Assembly: GCA_963755715.1 (NCBI GenBank)
Contig: CAVWLW010000026.1
Span: 64,001-128,000, forward strand
Reading direction: 5' to 3'
From: an uncultured delta proteobacterium
GTDB lineage: Bacteria; Desulfobacterota; Binatia; UBA9968
Length of the DNA: 64,000 nucleotides
The notes under the pieces were generated by a model that saw only the letters and a program-made list of their open reading frames with translations, ran no database searches and had not been told where the DNA came from. The translations under genes and the position numbers were made by a program. The first letter of the stretch is position 1, and each line of letters starts with the position of its first letter. Positions 28,551 to 37,654 of the stretch are shown piece after piece.

Positions 28551-29934
28551 GGCGCGCCGCCTCCCGCCCGGCGATTCTTCCGAATACGGAACCGATGGTT
28601 AAACCAAACCCTGCGAGATAACCTTGCCCGAGAATATTTCCAGCCATCACTTCACCCGCTGCGAAAACATTTTTTGCCGGCCGATCGTCTTGCATGATCA
28701 CTTGCGCCTGCTCGTTCACGGTAACTCCTAGATAAGTAAACGTGATCCCCGGCCGCAGCGGATAGCCGTAGTACGGCGGCGTATCGATCGGCCGGGCCCA
28801 ATGGCTTTTCGGTAGATCAAGGTCTTCCGTGTGGCACTCGTCTAGACTACCCGGATCGAATTTACCGCCACGCACCGAGCGATTGAATTTTTCGACGACG
28901 CCTGAAAGCGCATTCGGATCGATTTCAAACGCTTTGGCAAGCTCTGCAATCGAGCCGGCTTCGACCGGCGGAAATACCGACGGCATGAAGTGCGGCAATC
29001 CTTTGGAGTCGATGATCGAGTAAGCGATCTGCTCCGGTTGTTCGGCGATGAGTCTTCCCCAAATCGCATAGCGCTTGGGCCAAAAATCCTCGCCCTCGTC
29101 GTAGAACCGCTTCACATGTTTGTTGACGACAATTCCGAACGGCACGCTGTCCAGCCGGGTCACGATGCCGCCGTCGAATTTCGGCGCGCGCGCGTCCAGC
29201 GCGACGGCGTGACAGCCGCGCGGGTCGCCCTCCGGCTTGGCGCCGTGCCTGAGCAACTCCTTCAGCATGCCGCCCTGATTGTGCGGCGTGCCGCGGATGA
29301 TGAAATTGTCCGCGGCGTCGCCCCAGTATTCTTTCAGCCAGGGAATGTTCGCTTCGAAGCCGCCGCTGGCGACGACGAGAGCCTTCGCCGCGTACTCATT
29401 TGACCCGCCATTCCGACTCGCCACGGCAGAGGCAAACTGGCCGTCGGTCATTTTCAATTCACGCACCTCGGTTTCGTAGGCGATCTCCACGCCGAGCTTC
29501 GTTGCCGTAGCATAGTACGCATTCATCATCGCCTTGCCGCCGCCGAGCATGAAGAGATTGCTGCGCGTGAGATGCAGCGTGCCGCGCAGCGGCTTCTGCC
29601 AGCGCACGCCGTTGGCCGGCATCCAATCGCCCAGCGTTTCAGATTCGCGAATGGTCAAACGGGCCAAACGCTCGTTGGTCGCGCCGCCGGTGACACCGAG
29701 AAGATCCCGCCAAAACTCTTCTTCGCCGTAAGCGCCGGTGACGAACCCCGTCGCCGCCTTGTGCATGTAGCGAATGTCCCGTGTGTGGCGGCTATTGCCG
29801 CCGCGAAAGTCTTTCGTCGCGCATTCGAGCACGAGCACGGTCGCGCCGGCGCGCCGCGCCGTGATCGCCGCGCACAGCGCCGCATTGCCGCCGCCGGCGA
29901 TGAGAACATCGTATTGGGATGTTTGTGCTATCAT
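28537..29934 (-). CDS. tcuA: FAD-dependent tricarballylate dehydrogenase TcuA
   Basis: 'GGGNAALCAA', 'RGGNSRHTR', 'APKFDGGIVTRLD', 'DEGEDFWPKRYAIWG', 'GYLAGFGLTIG'. Confidence 0.95.
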   Translation of the reverse strand: MIAQTSQYDVLIAGGGNAALCAAITARRAGATVLVLECATKDFRGGNSRHTRDIRYMHKAATGFVTGAYGEEEFWRDLLGVTGGATNERLARLTIRESETLGDWMPANGVRWQKPLRGTLHLTRSNLFMLGGGKAMMNAYYATATKLGVEIAYETEVRELKMTDGQFASAVASRNGGSNEYAAKALVVASGGFEANIPWLKEYWGDAADNFIIRGTPHNQGGMLKELLRHGAKPEGDPRGCHAVALDARAPKFDGGIVTRLDSVPFGIVVNKHVKRFYDEGEDFWPKRYAIWGRLIAEQPEQIAYSIIDSKGLPHFMPSVFPPVEAGSIAELAKAFEIDPNALSGVVEKFNRSVRGGKFDPGSLDECHTEDLDLPKSHWARPIDTPPYYGYPLRPGITFTYLGVTVNEQAQVIMQDDRPAKNVFAAGEVMAGNILGQGYLAGFGLTIGSVFGRIAGREAARRAGF

Positions 29935-29948
29935 TAAGAAAACATTTT

Positions 29949-30027
29949 CACCACGAAGGTCACGAAGAGCACGAAGTTAAAGCAATAATCGCTCGGATCC
30001 TTCGTGACCTTCGTGTTCTTCGTGATG
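29949..30027. repeat. 9-bp-period (CACGAAGnn) inverted repeat
   Basis: caccacgaaggtcacgaagagcacgaag ... cttcgtgaccttcgtgttcttcgtgatg. Confidence 0.7.
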
Positions 30028-30171
30028 AGATCATATAACGCACTCAACGGCGAATTCACAATTGGAATCGATTCGCGTTGATCAAGCCCGCGACTCCGCG
30101 CGCAACCTTTGACTTCACGCCGCGATTCAAGCTATGCAGCTTCCGTGGTTCGAAACGAAGGAGAGCTCAAG

Positions 30172-31287
30172 ATGACGCCAATGTCATGTCTCAATGTGAT
30201 TTATTCGTTCCTCATCGCAACCGTGGTTCTCGTCAACGGGATTCACGCAGCCGATGCGCCGGATGAATGGAAAAAGGTCATCGAAGCGGCCAAGAAGGAA
30301 GGCAAGATCGTCGCCGGCGGGCCGCCCACTGCGGTGTTGCGCAAGCAGTTCAAAGAAACCTTCGAGAATCGCTTCGGCATCGAGCTGGAACTGCTGTCCG
30401 CGCAGGGAGCGCAGAACGCCCAAAGAGCGATGTCCGAATTCAAAGCCGGTGTGAAATACTTCGACGTGCTGCACGGCGGCTCGGGTACGATCGAACCACT
30501 CAAGTACGAGAACATGCTCGCGCCGTTCATGGATTTCGTCATTCTTCCCGAGGTCAAAGATCCCAAGCAATGGTGGGGCGGTCACATGTGGGAAGACAAT
30601 GTGAAAACCAACCGCTTCATTTATTCTTTCTCGGCGGATTTCTCGGTGCCGCCCTTTTACAACACGACTTTAATCAAGCCCGACGAGATTACTTCCTTCG
30701 ACGATTTTTTGCAGCCGAAATGGAAAGGCAAGATCGGCATGTTCGAGCCGCGCATTCCGAGCGCCGGTCAAGGGCTCTGGGGCTACTTGATGCGCGCCAA
30801 AGGAAAAGAGTTCTTGCAAAGGCTCGCCGAGCAAAATCTTTTTATCCATCGTGACGGCCAGCAAATCGCCGTCGGCTTGGCGAAGGGTAATCTTGCCGTC
30901 GCGCTCGGGCTGGCGCAGCGCTTCGTCGACCCGTACATCAAAGGCGGCTTGCCGATCAAGACGCTGACTTCGATCAAGGAACGTATGGGCGGCAGCAACG
31001 GCTTTGGCGCCGTCGCGATCATGGCGAACGCGCCGCATCCCAACGCGACCAAAGTCTACATCAACTGGCTCCTCGGCAAGGAAGGCCAAGAGCTCTATGG
31101 CCGCGCTTTGACCCAAGGCAGCCGCCGGCTGGACGTCGACACCAAATGGCTGGCGCGCTTCAATACGCCGGCGGCGAAGGACATGACCACGCCGGAAGAG
31201 TTCGAAAAAATTCGCTTCTACGGCGAGGACGTAATCATTAACTGGCGCGAACCCGCCGGCGAGTTTGCCAGGAAGATTCTCAAATAA
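30172..31287 (+). CDS. ABC transporter solute-binding protein (Fe3+/AfuA-like)
   Basis: 'W.KVIEAAKKEG', 'PKWKGKI', 'APHPNATKVYINWLLGKEGQ'; RBS AAGGAG. Confidence 0.88.
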   Translation: MTPMSCLNVIYSFLIATVVLVNGIHAADAPDEWKKVIEAAKKEGKIVAGGPPTAVLRKQFKETFENRFGIELELLSAQGAQNAQRAMSEFKAGVKYFDVLHGGSGTIEPLKYENMLAPFMDFVILPEVKDPKQWWGGHMWEDNVKTNRFIYSFSADFSVPPFYNTTLIKPDEITSFDDFLQPKWKGKIGMFEPRIPSAGQGLWGYLMRAKGKEFLQRLAEQNLFIHRDGQQIAVGLAKGNLAVALGLAQRFVDPYIKGGLPIKTLTSIKERMGGSNGFGAVAIMANAPHPNATKVYINWLLGKEGQELYGRALTQGSRRLDVDTKWLARFNTPAAKDMTTPEEFEKIRFYGEDVIINWREPAGEFARKILK

Positions 31288-31346
31288 CGGAACGGCGCAT
31301 ACGGCGCACCACACGACACACCGACAACTTTGCCAAAAAGTCCAAC

Positions 31347-31474
31347 GCAGGCTGCTCAAAAAGATCCAGAGGCGAGACGCGCGATGAATCGACGAGCGAA
31401 GACGTACATCGGCAGTACGTTGACGCGAGGCGATTGAGCGCAACGAAGCATATGGGTCTTTTTCAGCAGCCTGC
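31347..31474. mobile_element. 128-bp MITE-like element
   Basis: Terminal inverted repeats gcaggctgctcaaaaaga / tctttttcagcagcctgc (17 of 18 match); palindromic interior; no ORF; no clear target-site duplication. Confidence 0.65.
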
Positions 31475-31525
31475 CAGTATTGCCTCTCGTCTGCTGCTTG
31501 TTATCCTCTTCGAAGGAGCACACTG

Positions 31526-32242
31526 ATGCGCTACGAACTTTATTACTGGCCATCGATCCAAGGTCGCGGCGAATTTGTTCGGCTCGCGCTCGAAGACGCG
31601 GGCGCGGACTATGTCGACGTGGCACGCCGTTCGAAAGGAATGGCCGCGATGATGCGCTTCATGGAAAGCAGCGCCATCGAACGCCCGCCCTTCGCGCCGC
31701 CTTTCCTCAAAGCCGGCAAGCTCGTGATCGCGCAGACGGCAAATATTTTATTTTATCTCGGCCCACGCCTCGATCTCGCGCCGAAAAGTGAACCTAGCCG
31801 CCTCTGGGCGCATCAATTGCAGCTCACGATCGCCGATTGGGTCGCCGAAGCGCACGACACGCATCATCCGATCTCAGGGGGCCTTTATTATGAAGATCAA
31901 AAGGCCGAAGCCAAGCGCCGCGCCGCCGATTTCACCGCGGAGCGCATGCCTAAGTTTTTCGACTATTTCGAGCGAATACTGAAGCGCCATCGGAAAGGAA
32001 GCGAATACATTCTGGGCAAGCAGATTTCCTACGTCGATCTCTCGCTTTTTCAAATGATCGAAGGGCTGCGCTATGCTTTCCCGCGCACAATGAAGAACCT
32101 TGAACCGAAATATCCGCGATCGGTCGCGCTACACGATCGCGTTTCCGTGCGTCCGCGAATCGCGGCTTATCTGGCATCGCCACGCCGCATCCCCTTCAAC
32201 CAAGAAGGCATCTTTAGACACTATCCCGAACTGGATGGTTAG
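31526..32242 (+). CDS. Glutathione S-transferase family protein
   Basis: 'YELYYWPSIQGRGEFVRLALE', 'FAPPFL', 'QTANILFYL', 'SYVDL'. Confidence 0.9.
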   Translation: MRYELYYWPSIQGRGEFVRLALEDAGADYVDVARRSKGMAAMMRFMESSAIERPPFAPPFLKAGKLVIAQTANILFYLGPRLDLAPKSEPSRLWAHQLQLTIADWVAEAHDTHHPISGGLYYEDQKAEAKRRAADFTAERMPKFFDYFERILKRHRKGSEYILGKQISYVDLSLFQMIEGLRYAFPRTMKNLEPKYPRSVALHDRVSVRPRIAAYLASPRRIPFNQEGIFRHYPELDG

Positions 32243-32276
32243 ATATTCACACTCTATTCCTTAAGGAGGTCCAATC

Positions 32277-32937
32277 ATGGCAATCGAACTTTACTGGGGC
32301 AGCGGCAGCCCCTTCGCGTGGCGCGTAATGTTGACTCTCGAAGTGAAGGGACTGAAGTATGAGTCGAAGCTTTTAGAATTTTCCAAGGGCGAGCACAAAA
32401 CGCCGGCCTATCTTCGGCTCAATCCCCGTGGCAAAGTGCCGACGCTCAAGGATGGCGAATTTGTCGTCTACGAATCCATCGCAATCATGGCCTATCTCGA
32501 TCGCAAATATCCCGATCCGCCGCTGTTCGGCAAAACCGCTGAGGAAGCGGGCTTAATTTGGCGCGCGATCTGCGAATGTGAGTCCTATCTTGTGAGCGCC
32601 GGTGACAAAGTCGTTCGTCCGATTTTTTTCGGCAAGGGTCTCGACCAGGTCGACGAAATCCAACAGGCGGCGCGGACAGATTCGCGAAGAGTTAAAAAGC
32701 GTCGACGAGCGTCTGGTCAACTCGAACTGGTTAGTCGGCAGAGAGATTTCCGCTGCCGATATCAATCTATTTCCGTTAGTCCAACTGTTTTTGCGTGCCG
32801 CCTCCAAAGAGGCCGCGCAGCCATTTAACCTGGGGTTGATACCATTGGCGCAAACGTTTCCAAACATTGCCCGCTGGGTAAAACAGATCGAGGCGTTGCC
32901 TAATTACCAGCGCACCTACCCGCCCCATTGGCGATAA
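32277..32937 (+). CDS. Glutathione S-transferase family protein (frameshift near 32672)
   Basis: 'GSPFAWRV', 'LNPRGKVPTL', 'ESIAIMAYL'; C-terminus 'ISAADI...FPNIARW' in another frame. Confidence 0.88.
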
Positions 32938-32980
32938 ACGCAAATTCGAATTCCCCCCACACACTAAGGAGCCATCGACG

Positions 32981-33391
32981 ATGGAAAAAATGTTTGCCGG
33001 CGGATGTCTTTGCGGTGCCGTCCGCTACGAATGTTCGGCAAAGCCGATGATGACCGGCAATTGCCATTGTCGCGATTGCCAGAAGTCGAGCGGCGCACCC
33101 TTCGTGACGGCGATGGCCGTACCCGCTTCGGCGTTAAAAATCAGCGGTGACGTCAAGTATTATGAAATTAAAGCCGATAGCGGGAACGCTTTCAGCCGCG
33201 GTTTCTGCCCGGAATGCGGTGCGCGCCTGTTTGCCAAATCCAGCGGCATGCCTCGTCTCGCTCTGATCACCGCGGCAAGCCTGGACGACCCAAGCCAATT
33301 TCGACCCGCGATGGATTTTTATATTTCCAGCGCCCAGCCCTGGGATCATATGGATCCCGCGCTGCCCAAGTTTGCCAAAATGCCGACGTAG
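32981..33391 (+). CDS. GFA/CENP-V family protein
   Basis: 'GGCLCGAVRY', 'CHCRDCQK', 'FCPECG' zinc motifs. Confidence 0.92.
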   Translation: MEKMFAGGCLCGAVRYECSAKPMMTGNCHCRDCQKSSGAPFVTAMAVPASALKISGDVKYYEIKADSGNAFSRGFCPECGARLFAKSSGMPRLALITAASLDDPSQFRPAMDFYISSAQPWDHMDPALPKFAKMPT

Positions 33392-33573
33392 GCCGTGCCC
33401 TTTGCGGTTCGCGCCAGTCGAGGTCGTTGTCGTTGTGGCAGTCACCGATCCGAGCCGGCGAAAATCTGTGAAGGCGCAGCCGAGCAAGCTGCCGGTGTAA
33501 AAATGTTCCGCGGTTGACAGCAAAGAGCGCTGCATGGTTATCTGGCGCTCGCGCATCATCGCTGGAAGCTAAA

Positions 33574-34545
33574 ATGCAGCGTCAAGCGGCATTCGCCAAC
33601 CTAATCTTGCTCATTCTGAGTCTGTTTGTGGCGCGAGCCCATGCGGCCGAGCGGATCAAACTCGTTCTCGGCTATTCGACGACCGGCCCCACTGCCGTCG
33701 GCTTGTGGATGGCGAAAGACAGCGGCGCGTTCGATAAGTACGGCGTCGATCCGAGTTTCATTTTTATTTCGTCGAGCCCGGTGATGGTGCCGGCGTTGAT
33801 CGGCGGCGACGTGCAGGTGGCCATCGCCGGCGCCAATGCGGTCATCGCCGCCGTCCTCGGCGGTGCCGCGATTGTTTCGATAGCGAGTCTCGCCAATCGT
33901 CCCTATCTTCGCCTGTGGGTCCATCCCGAGATCAACCGCGTCGAAGAACTGCGCGGCAAAACTCTCGGCGTGTCGCGCTTCGGCTCGACCACGGACAATT
34001 TGACGAGAATCCTGTTGCGCCGGGTTGGCCTGGAAAACGCCGTGAACGTTCGCCAACTGGGCGGGACGCTCGAAGTCGGCCTTGCCTTTCGCCACCGCCA
34101 GATCGACGGCGCGGTGCTCGCTACTTTCCGTACCGACGCGCCGCATCGAATTCTGATCGAGCTTGCCGAATCCGGCATTCAATACTCCATGGGACAGCTT
34201 GTTGTCTCGCGCGATTTTCAACGCCGGTCGCCGGACACTTTGGAGAAGATCCTGCGTGCCTATATAGAGGGCGTCGCGGTGTTGCGCGATCCGAATCAGA
34301 GGGAGCGCGTCTTGAAGACTGTCGCGCGCTACACCCGGCTCAAAGAAACCAAGGCGATCGAAGAAATCTACAACGACGCTTTCAAATACGTCGACCGCGT
34401 TCCGCGTGTCGACGCCGACGCGGTCTCCACCACGCTGGAATTCATGGGCAAGAAAGGCCTGCCGATCGAAACCTTCGCCGACAATTCCATCATTGACCGG
34501 CTGGTCCGTGAGGGATTTATTAATCAGGTATATAAAAACCGTTGA
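33574..34545 (+). CDS. ABC transporter SBP, NitT/TauT family
   Basis: Signal peptide; 'LWMAKDSGAFDKYG', 'ELRGKTLGVSRFGS', 'LVREGFINQVY'. Confidence 0.88.
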   Translation: MQRQAAFANLILLILSLFVARAHAAERIKLVLGYSTTGPTAVGLWMAKDSGAFDKYGVDPSFIFISSSPVMVPALIGGDVQVAIAGANAVIAAVLGGAAIVSIASLANRPYLRLWVHPEINRVEELRGKTLGVSRFGSTTDNLTRILLRRVGLENAVNVRQLGGTLEVGLAFRHRQIDGAVLATFRTDAPHRILIELAESGIQYSMGQLVVSRDFQRRSPDTLEKILRAYIEGVAVLRDPNQRERVLKTVARYTRLKETKAIEEIYNDAFKYVDRVPRVDADAVSTTLEFMGKKGLPIETFADNSIIDRLVREGFINQVYKNR

Positions 34546-34568
34546 GAGTTGTGAGACGAGTTCACACG

Positions 34569-35450
34569 TCAGCAGTTACAGCGAACAGCGAATTCCTTCT
34601 CGTTATCGAGCAGCGATTCGCCCACTGCCTGGTGATCGGTAACGTGGCGTGCGACCGTGCTTAATCCATTACGATACATTTCTTTCACGGTCTCCTCCCA
34701 GTCTCGACGGCCGTCAGTGGACCACTGAAAAGGCAGCTCGACCATTCGCCAAGTTTCATCAAACCCCGGAGCCGCTGTCAGAGCCGCTCGCAAAATTTCG
34801 CGCTGGAGCTCGGGTTCGTTAGGTTTTCCTGCCGGGCAACCGAGGGGAAAGTCCAAAAACACCGTGCGCGGTGGTTTAAACGCCATGCTGACCTCCCACA
34901 GAGTGCTCATCGATAGTGTCGGCAAGCCCCGCGCTTCCAATGCTCTGGCGATCAGTCCGACGGACCGATGACAGGCAGGTCAGAACGGAAAGAGAAAAAC
35001 GAGATCGACGCCCTGGGTTTCAAATTCTTTTTTGATGGCGGGAACCGTGGTCTTGAGTAGTTCGCTGAACTTGGCGATCGATCCGACCATCGAAACCGCC
35101 CGGGGAGCGAGGCGGCCAATGACACCCTCGGTTTCCAACTCGATCAAGCGGTCACGCGGAAAGGCGACATTCAGATCTTCGAGCGCCCAGCTTCGAACCG
35201 GAGTCTGATGCGCGACCGTCAGCGCCGAGTAAGGAGTCCCGCGATCGATCAGCCGGTAGGACAGATCGTTGGTTTCCTTCAAAGGAACATCGTTGCGCAA
35301 TTGAACGCCGGCGCTGGTGAAGATGCCGATCGTCGATTGGGAAATTGGCTTTCGTAGCGGCGCGAGGCGAGGTGGCGCGAAATCGGGCTGCCGAGGATAA
35401 GGCTTGGGCGCCATCAGGTCGGTCATGAACTGCACGTAGCTAAAAGGCAA
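34569..35450 (-). CDS. PrdB/GrdB-like (glycine/betaine/sarcosine/D-proline reductase B family) selenoprotein; UGA at 34982-34980 read as Sec
   Basis: Two track ORFs are in the same frame, joined as VDLVFLFPF-U-PACHRSVGLIARALEARGLPT; 'IFTSAGV', 'DLNVAFP.DRL.EL..EG.IG', 'KPPR..FLDFPLG..AGKP'; SECIS-like hairpin follows the UGA; TTG start after GAAAGGGG. Confidence 0.88.
34951..34969 (-). promoter_or_regulatory. Bacterial SECIS-like hairpin
   Basis: mRNA UGA-CCUGCCUGUC-AUCGGUCC-GUC-GGACUGAU: 8-bp stem, apical loop starts with G 18 nt after the UGA. Confidence 0.7.
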
Positions 35451-35750
35451 AGTACACCCCTTTCCGAGGAACACAATTTAACATCAGATCCTTCACTTCG
35501 TTCGGGATGACTCCGATCAGGCCGAGGAATCTTCGTATCGTTACTTTACGCGCGCTCTGCGCCGGCGCGCAAAATGAGTCCATTACCTATCCCTCACGGC
35601 GGCGGACTTTATAATTAACTCGAACCGAAGGCGCAAGTAAATCACCTCCCCCTTGTCCTCCTTGACTCGCCATTCATGTCTGTCCTACTTTACGTTGAAC
35701 TCGCGTGACTCGATGAATCTCAGGCGCGCGCGTAAAACTAGGAGAAAAAT

Positions 35751-36890
35751 ATGACACAGACCACCCTGCTGGATGCAGACTCGCATGTCAGCGAACCATT
35801 GAACCTTTGGCAGGAGCGCTTGCCGGCAAAATACCGGGATATCGCGCCGCATATGGAGACGGAATACCAGGGACGGCCCGGCGCCTGGTGGTTTATTGAG
35901 CCCGATCGCGAACCGCACAACGTGATCTTGGGCTTCGGCGCCAACAAGTCGCTCGAAGAATTGCACGAATTATTGAAAGGCTTCTCGTACGCCGGAGCGC
36001 ACCGCGGCGGCTGGGATCCCGCGCAGCGGGTCAAAGACATGGATCAGGACGGCGTAGCGGGCGACGTGCTCTATACGACTCTGGGGTTTCGCATGTTCTG
36101 GATTAAAGAGGCCGGATTTCAGAGAGCCTGCTTCCAGGTTTACAACGATTGGCTCGCCGAGTTTTGTAGTCATTCGCCCGCGCGCCTCAAAGGCTTGGCC
36201 CTGATATCGCTCTACGACCCCAAGCAGGCTGCTGCAGATCTAGCGGACTGCGCCAAGAAAGGTTTGGCCGGGGCGATCGTGTGGGCTTCGCCGCCGGAAG
36301 ATTTGCCGTTTTACGCGGAATCTTACGATCCCTTTTGGGCCGCGGCGCAGGAACTTTCCATGCCCCTCAGCCTGCACGAGTTCGCCGGCTTTCGCTGGGT
36401 CGATTGGGACTCCAGCGCGAAAAAACGGACGATCGCGGCGGGCATCAATTCGCACGAAGTCGAAGGCACTTTTTCGACGTTGATCATGTCCGGCGTACTG
36501 GAGCGTTTCCCTGGTCTTAAAGTCGTCTCGGCGGAATTAAACTGCGGCTGGCTTCCCTATTTCCTGCGCCGCCTGGACGAACGCTTCGAGGCTCGAGGGG
36601 CGCGCGTTCATGGCAGCGCGTTTCCGACCAAGCTTACGCTCAAACCGAGCGAATATTTTCACCGCCAGCTCTACGCGACTTTTATCGATGATGCCTTCGG
36701 CGTTGCTCATCGCCACGACATCGGCGTGGAAAATCTTCTCTGGTCATCGGACTTTCCCCACAGCGCGACTTTTTGGCCCCATTCGCGCGAAAAGATCGCC
36801 AAGGATTTCCAGCTCGTCGATGACGACGACAAGCAGAAAATCCTATGCCGCAATACGGCCAAGCTGTACGGCTTTGACTTGAACGGGTGA
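35751..36890 (+). CDS. Amidohydrolase family 2 protein
   Basis: 'DADSHVSEP', 'YNDWLAEFC', 'GVLERFP.LK', 'WSSDFPH'. Confidence 0.92.
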   Translation: MTQTTLLDADSHVSEPLNLWQERLPAKYRDIAPHMETEYQGRPGAWWFIEPDREPHNVILGFGANKSLEELHELLKGFSYAGAHRGGWDPAQRVKDMDQDGVAGDVLYTTLGFRMFWIKEAGFQRACFQVYNDWLAEFCSHSPARLKGLALISLYDPKQAAADLADCAKKGLAGAIVWASPPEDLPFYAESYDPFWAAAQELSMPLSLHEFAGFRWVDWDSSAKKRTIAAGINSHEVEGTFSTLIMSGVLERFPGLKVVSAELNCGWLPYFLRRLDERFEARGARVHGSAFPTKLTLKPSEYFHRQLYATFIDDAFGVAHRHDIGVENLLWSSDFPHSATFWPHSREKIAKDFQLVDDDDKQKILCRNTAKLYGFDLNG

Positions 36891-36945
36891 GCGAGAAAAT
36901 TCTTTTGCAACGTCGCGCCGGAAAAAACCACTGCCCTTTGCCCGG

Positions 36946-37404
36946 CTACTTTTTTCCGCCGCCGGAAACCAGCCCCGGTACTTAACCAGACCGCGCAGAT
37001 ATTCGATTTGACCGGCGTGGCGCGTGTTGCAGTTGACGACACTGGCAAGCCGAATGCGCAACGTCGGCAGCGGTTGATATTGCCGTTCGTTGAGTACCCG
37101 GTCAGATCAGCGTTCGATACCGTCGCGAGATAGCTCTTGGTTTGAGCGCAGACGGCGTCGAGATAATCGAGCAAAAGCGGTTTGTCGGTAATAGTGAACG
37201 CTTCCACTTGCGCCCGCGTATGTCTGTGGCCGGAGCCGTAGTCCTTCGGGTCCGGCGGCATATTGAAGCGCGCATACCAACCGTCTGCGATCCATAATTG
37301 CGGGCGCTCCAACAAACCGGAAAAGTTGGCGTCCTGCACGCGTGACAAATGCTGAACCAGCCATGAAATGTGCGGCTTGGGCGGACCAATCCTGCTGCTT
37401 CCAT
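36946..37404 (-). CDS. DinB/DUF664-like protein, multiply frameshifted (end approximate)
   Basis: 'ISWLVQHLSRVQD', 'QLWIADGW..RF', 'GHRHT..QV', 'RL.SV....RHAGQIEYLRG'; RBS GAGGAG. Confidence 0.7.
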
Positions 37405-37654
37405 AATAGTCTCCTCGAAGTTATTTGTCGCTGATACCTTACTTATCAGATGCCTCCTCTCGCTGCCGAGATGCAAACACATGAAATGATAGATCGTCTA
37501 CTCGGCTGTCATTCCCAGCAAAAGCGGCGAATCTGATATGGCTATGTGAGCTGTGGAGATTCTAAACGAATCAATACCTCCCTTGACGCGCATCACCCAC
37601 CTGCCCTATCGTGAGCCGAAGTCGCCGGTCCCCAACCAACCTAAGGAGGCCTTT

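Noticed and set aside
29949-30027. CRISPR array in the periodic repeats (also 1885-1965 and 39951-40019)
   Set aside because: Units are 7-9 bp with no unique spacers, and there are no cas genes.
34520-34571. Second Sec at the terminal TGA of the selenoprotein (CNC-U)
   Set aside because: I see no convincing SECIS hairpin downstream, and read-through would run into the convergent SBP gene; treated as a normal stop.
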